From NCBI RefSeq assembly GCF_006345805.1, contig NW_021827980.1:1-9377 (forward strand): 9,377 nt of DNA, given 5' to 3'. Under the pieces are notes generated by a model. It did no database searches. It was not told the DNA's origin and worked only from the letters and a program-made list of their open reading frames with translations. Source of the stretch: Octopus sinensis (lineage: Eukaryota). Shown here piece after piece: positions 7,880 to 9,377 of the stretch; positions within the stretch are counted from its first letter, which is position 1, and each line of letters begins with the position of its first letter. The position numbers were made by a program, and so were the translations under genes.

Positions 7880-8470
7880 TTTTCGAAGAAGACAAATAAA
7901 TCTTTTGTCATTGATCACAAAGTAAATAGCACGAAAGTTTCCGGTTAATGTGTGTGGGCATATCCAGCACAGTGAGTCCTTTTCAGTCAGCGAAGATGGC
8001 TTCTTGGCATTTTCCGAAATGAGAGAGAGAGAGAGAAAGAGAGAGAGAGGGGGGAGGGCAGAGAGAAGTAAAAAATAGAATGTATAAAAAAGAAAAATTA
8101 CATTTTTAAATATACTCTTCAAACGCTTGGATTTTTTGAAAAATTAAAACAATTTCAAATCGCTTTAGGATGCTTAGATAATTCAGACGCGTTTCTATCT
8201 TTTTCTCTCGGTCGCATTTCTCCTTTCATAATCTTTTCTCCTTTCACTTTTCCTGTTACAATTTCACATTCTCATATACACCACACATATATATATAATC
8301 ACTGGTGTACAGAGCTATCGTTCTTTCGTCTCATACGCGCATGTAATCACACGTAGAGACGTAGAAACACACTCATGCATGCGTACGCAACTATACTGCA
8401 CACCGGTTCCAATCTATTTCTCATTCATAAACGCAGAAAGATTCACATGCAAACGTAGACGTACACAGCT
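7880..8470. promoter_or_regulatory. Possible promoter or 5'-end region
   Basis: Visibly more CpG than the flanks, TCAGTC Inr-like (7983-7988), AAGATGGC YY1 core (7993-8000), GA tract, ACGTAG at 8351, 8359, 8453, CCAAT at 8409. All are short motifs. Confidence 0.25.
8021..8067. repeat. (GA)n microsatellite with G-run
   Basis: Directly visible. Confidence 0.95.
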
Positions 8471-8491
8471 GCACAATCACACATGCATTCA

Positions 8492-8506
8492 CTCTCTCTC
8501 ATACAC

Positions 8507-8543
<37 letters not shown>

Positions 8544-8570
8544 CATACGTACACACACATACGCACACAT
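8492..8570. repeat. (CT)n/(CA)n microsatellite
   Basis: Directly visible. Confidence 0.95.
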
Positions 8571-8633
8571 CCTCTGTACACACGTTTAAACATTGAAGAA
8601 AAAGCACTGCTGCAAAATCATTCTTAAGAGCGC

Positions 8634-8753
8634 ATGAATCCACATCCGGCGTACATCCAATCTATATCCGGTCTGTACCCTGGCGGACATGAGACTTCTG
8701 GTTCTTTCTTTAAAGAATGGTATTTTCAGTCCTTCTCTTACAATAAATTGTAA
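8634..8753 (+). CDS. Candidate 39-aa small ORF or first exon MNPHPAYIQSISGLYPGGHETSGSFFKEWYFQSFSYNKL
   Basis: Translated by hand (below the ORF-track cut-off); first ~70 nt GC-richer than the flanks; possible donor AATG|gtattt at 8719/8720. No homology recognised. Confidence 0.2.
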   Translation: MNPHPAYIQSISGLYPGGHETSGSFFKEWYFQSFSYNKL

Positions 8754-8870
8754 TAGAAAAACTCTGATCAATTCTTCTGTGTAAGAAGCCAGAAGGAAAT
8801 TTATGAAAATATTTTCACTTAGTCTACCATTTTCTTCTCAGTTCCTCCTCTTCGCATTCCGACCACTCAT

Positions 8871-8871
<1 letters not shown>

Positions 8872-8968
<97 letters not shown>

Positions 8969-8991
8969 GTCTGTCTGTCTGTCTGTCTGTA

Positions 8992-9085
<94 letters not shown>

Positions 9086-9187
9086 CCTACCTACCTACCT
9101 ACATATTTATTTATCTATCTATCTACCAACCTACCTACCTACATATTTATTTATCTATCTATCTATCTACCAACCTACCTACCTACA

Positions 9188-9259
<72 letters not shown>

Positions 9260-9377
9260 CATTTGCCTGCCTGTCTGCCTTCTTATCTACGTGCATAATT
9301 ACCTACGTACGTACGTACCTACCTACCTACCTACCTACCTTCCTACCAACCTACCCACCTACCTACCTACCTACCTA
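8872..9377. repeat. Compound tetranucleotide array (TATC)n/(TGTC)n/(TACC)n (GATA-type), running off the window end
   Basis: Directly visible; includes a 40-44-bp higher-order unit at 9081-9190. Confidence 0.98.

Noticed and set aside
7766-8122. 118-aa minus-strand ORF
   Set aside because: Low-complexity F/L/S/K composition spanning the GA tract; no recognisable domain.
8379-8643. 82-aa (+) and 66-aa (-) ORFs
   Set aside because: Translation of the (CA)n tract (HT/CV repeats).

Overview
AT-rich, non-bacterial DNA that reads as intronic/intergenic sequence from a repeat-rich animal genome. From memory the SINE families resemble those of octopus/coleoid cephalopods; this was not database-verified. 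The window holds long compound microsatellites (1-295, 1199-1630, 8872-9377) and about ten copies or fragments of at least three tRNA-derived SINE families. None of the supplied ORFs looks like a real gene; most are artefacts of purine/pyrimidine-alternating repeats. Three short minus-strand segments have splice signals and could be exons of an unidentified gene (low confidence). Best leads: (1) one SINE family forms one-head/two-body chimeras joined at the same palindromic junction GAAATA-CC-TATTTC; (2) a patch at ~4938-5227 appears to be built from two nearby templates copied with their unique flanks, one direct and one inverted, leaving a 123-bp, 91%-identical inverted repeat; (3) a 102-bp near-perfect fold-back palindrome inside a microsatellite. 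I see no evidence for a new protein-coding system.
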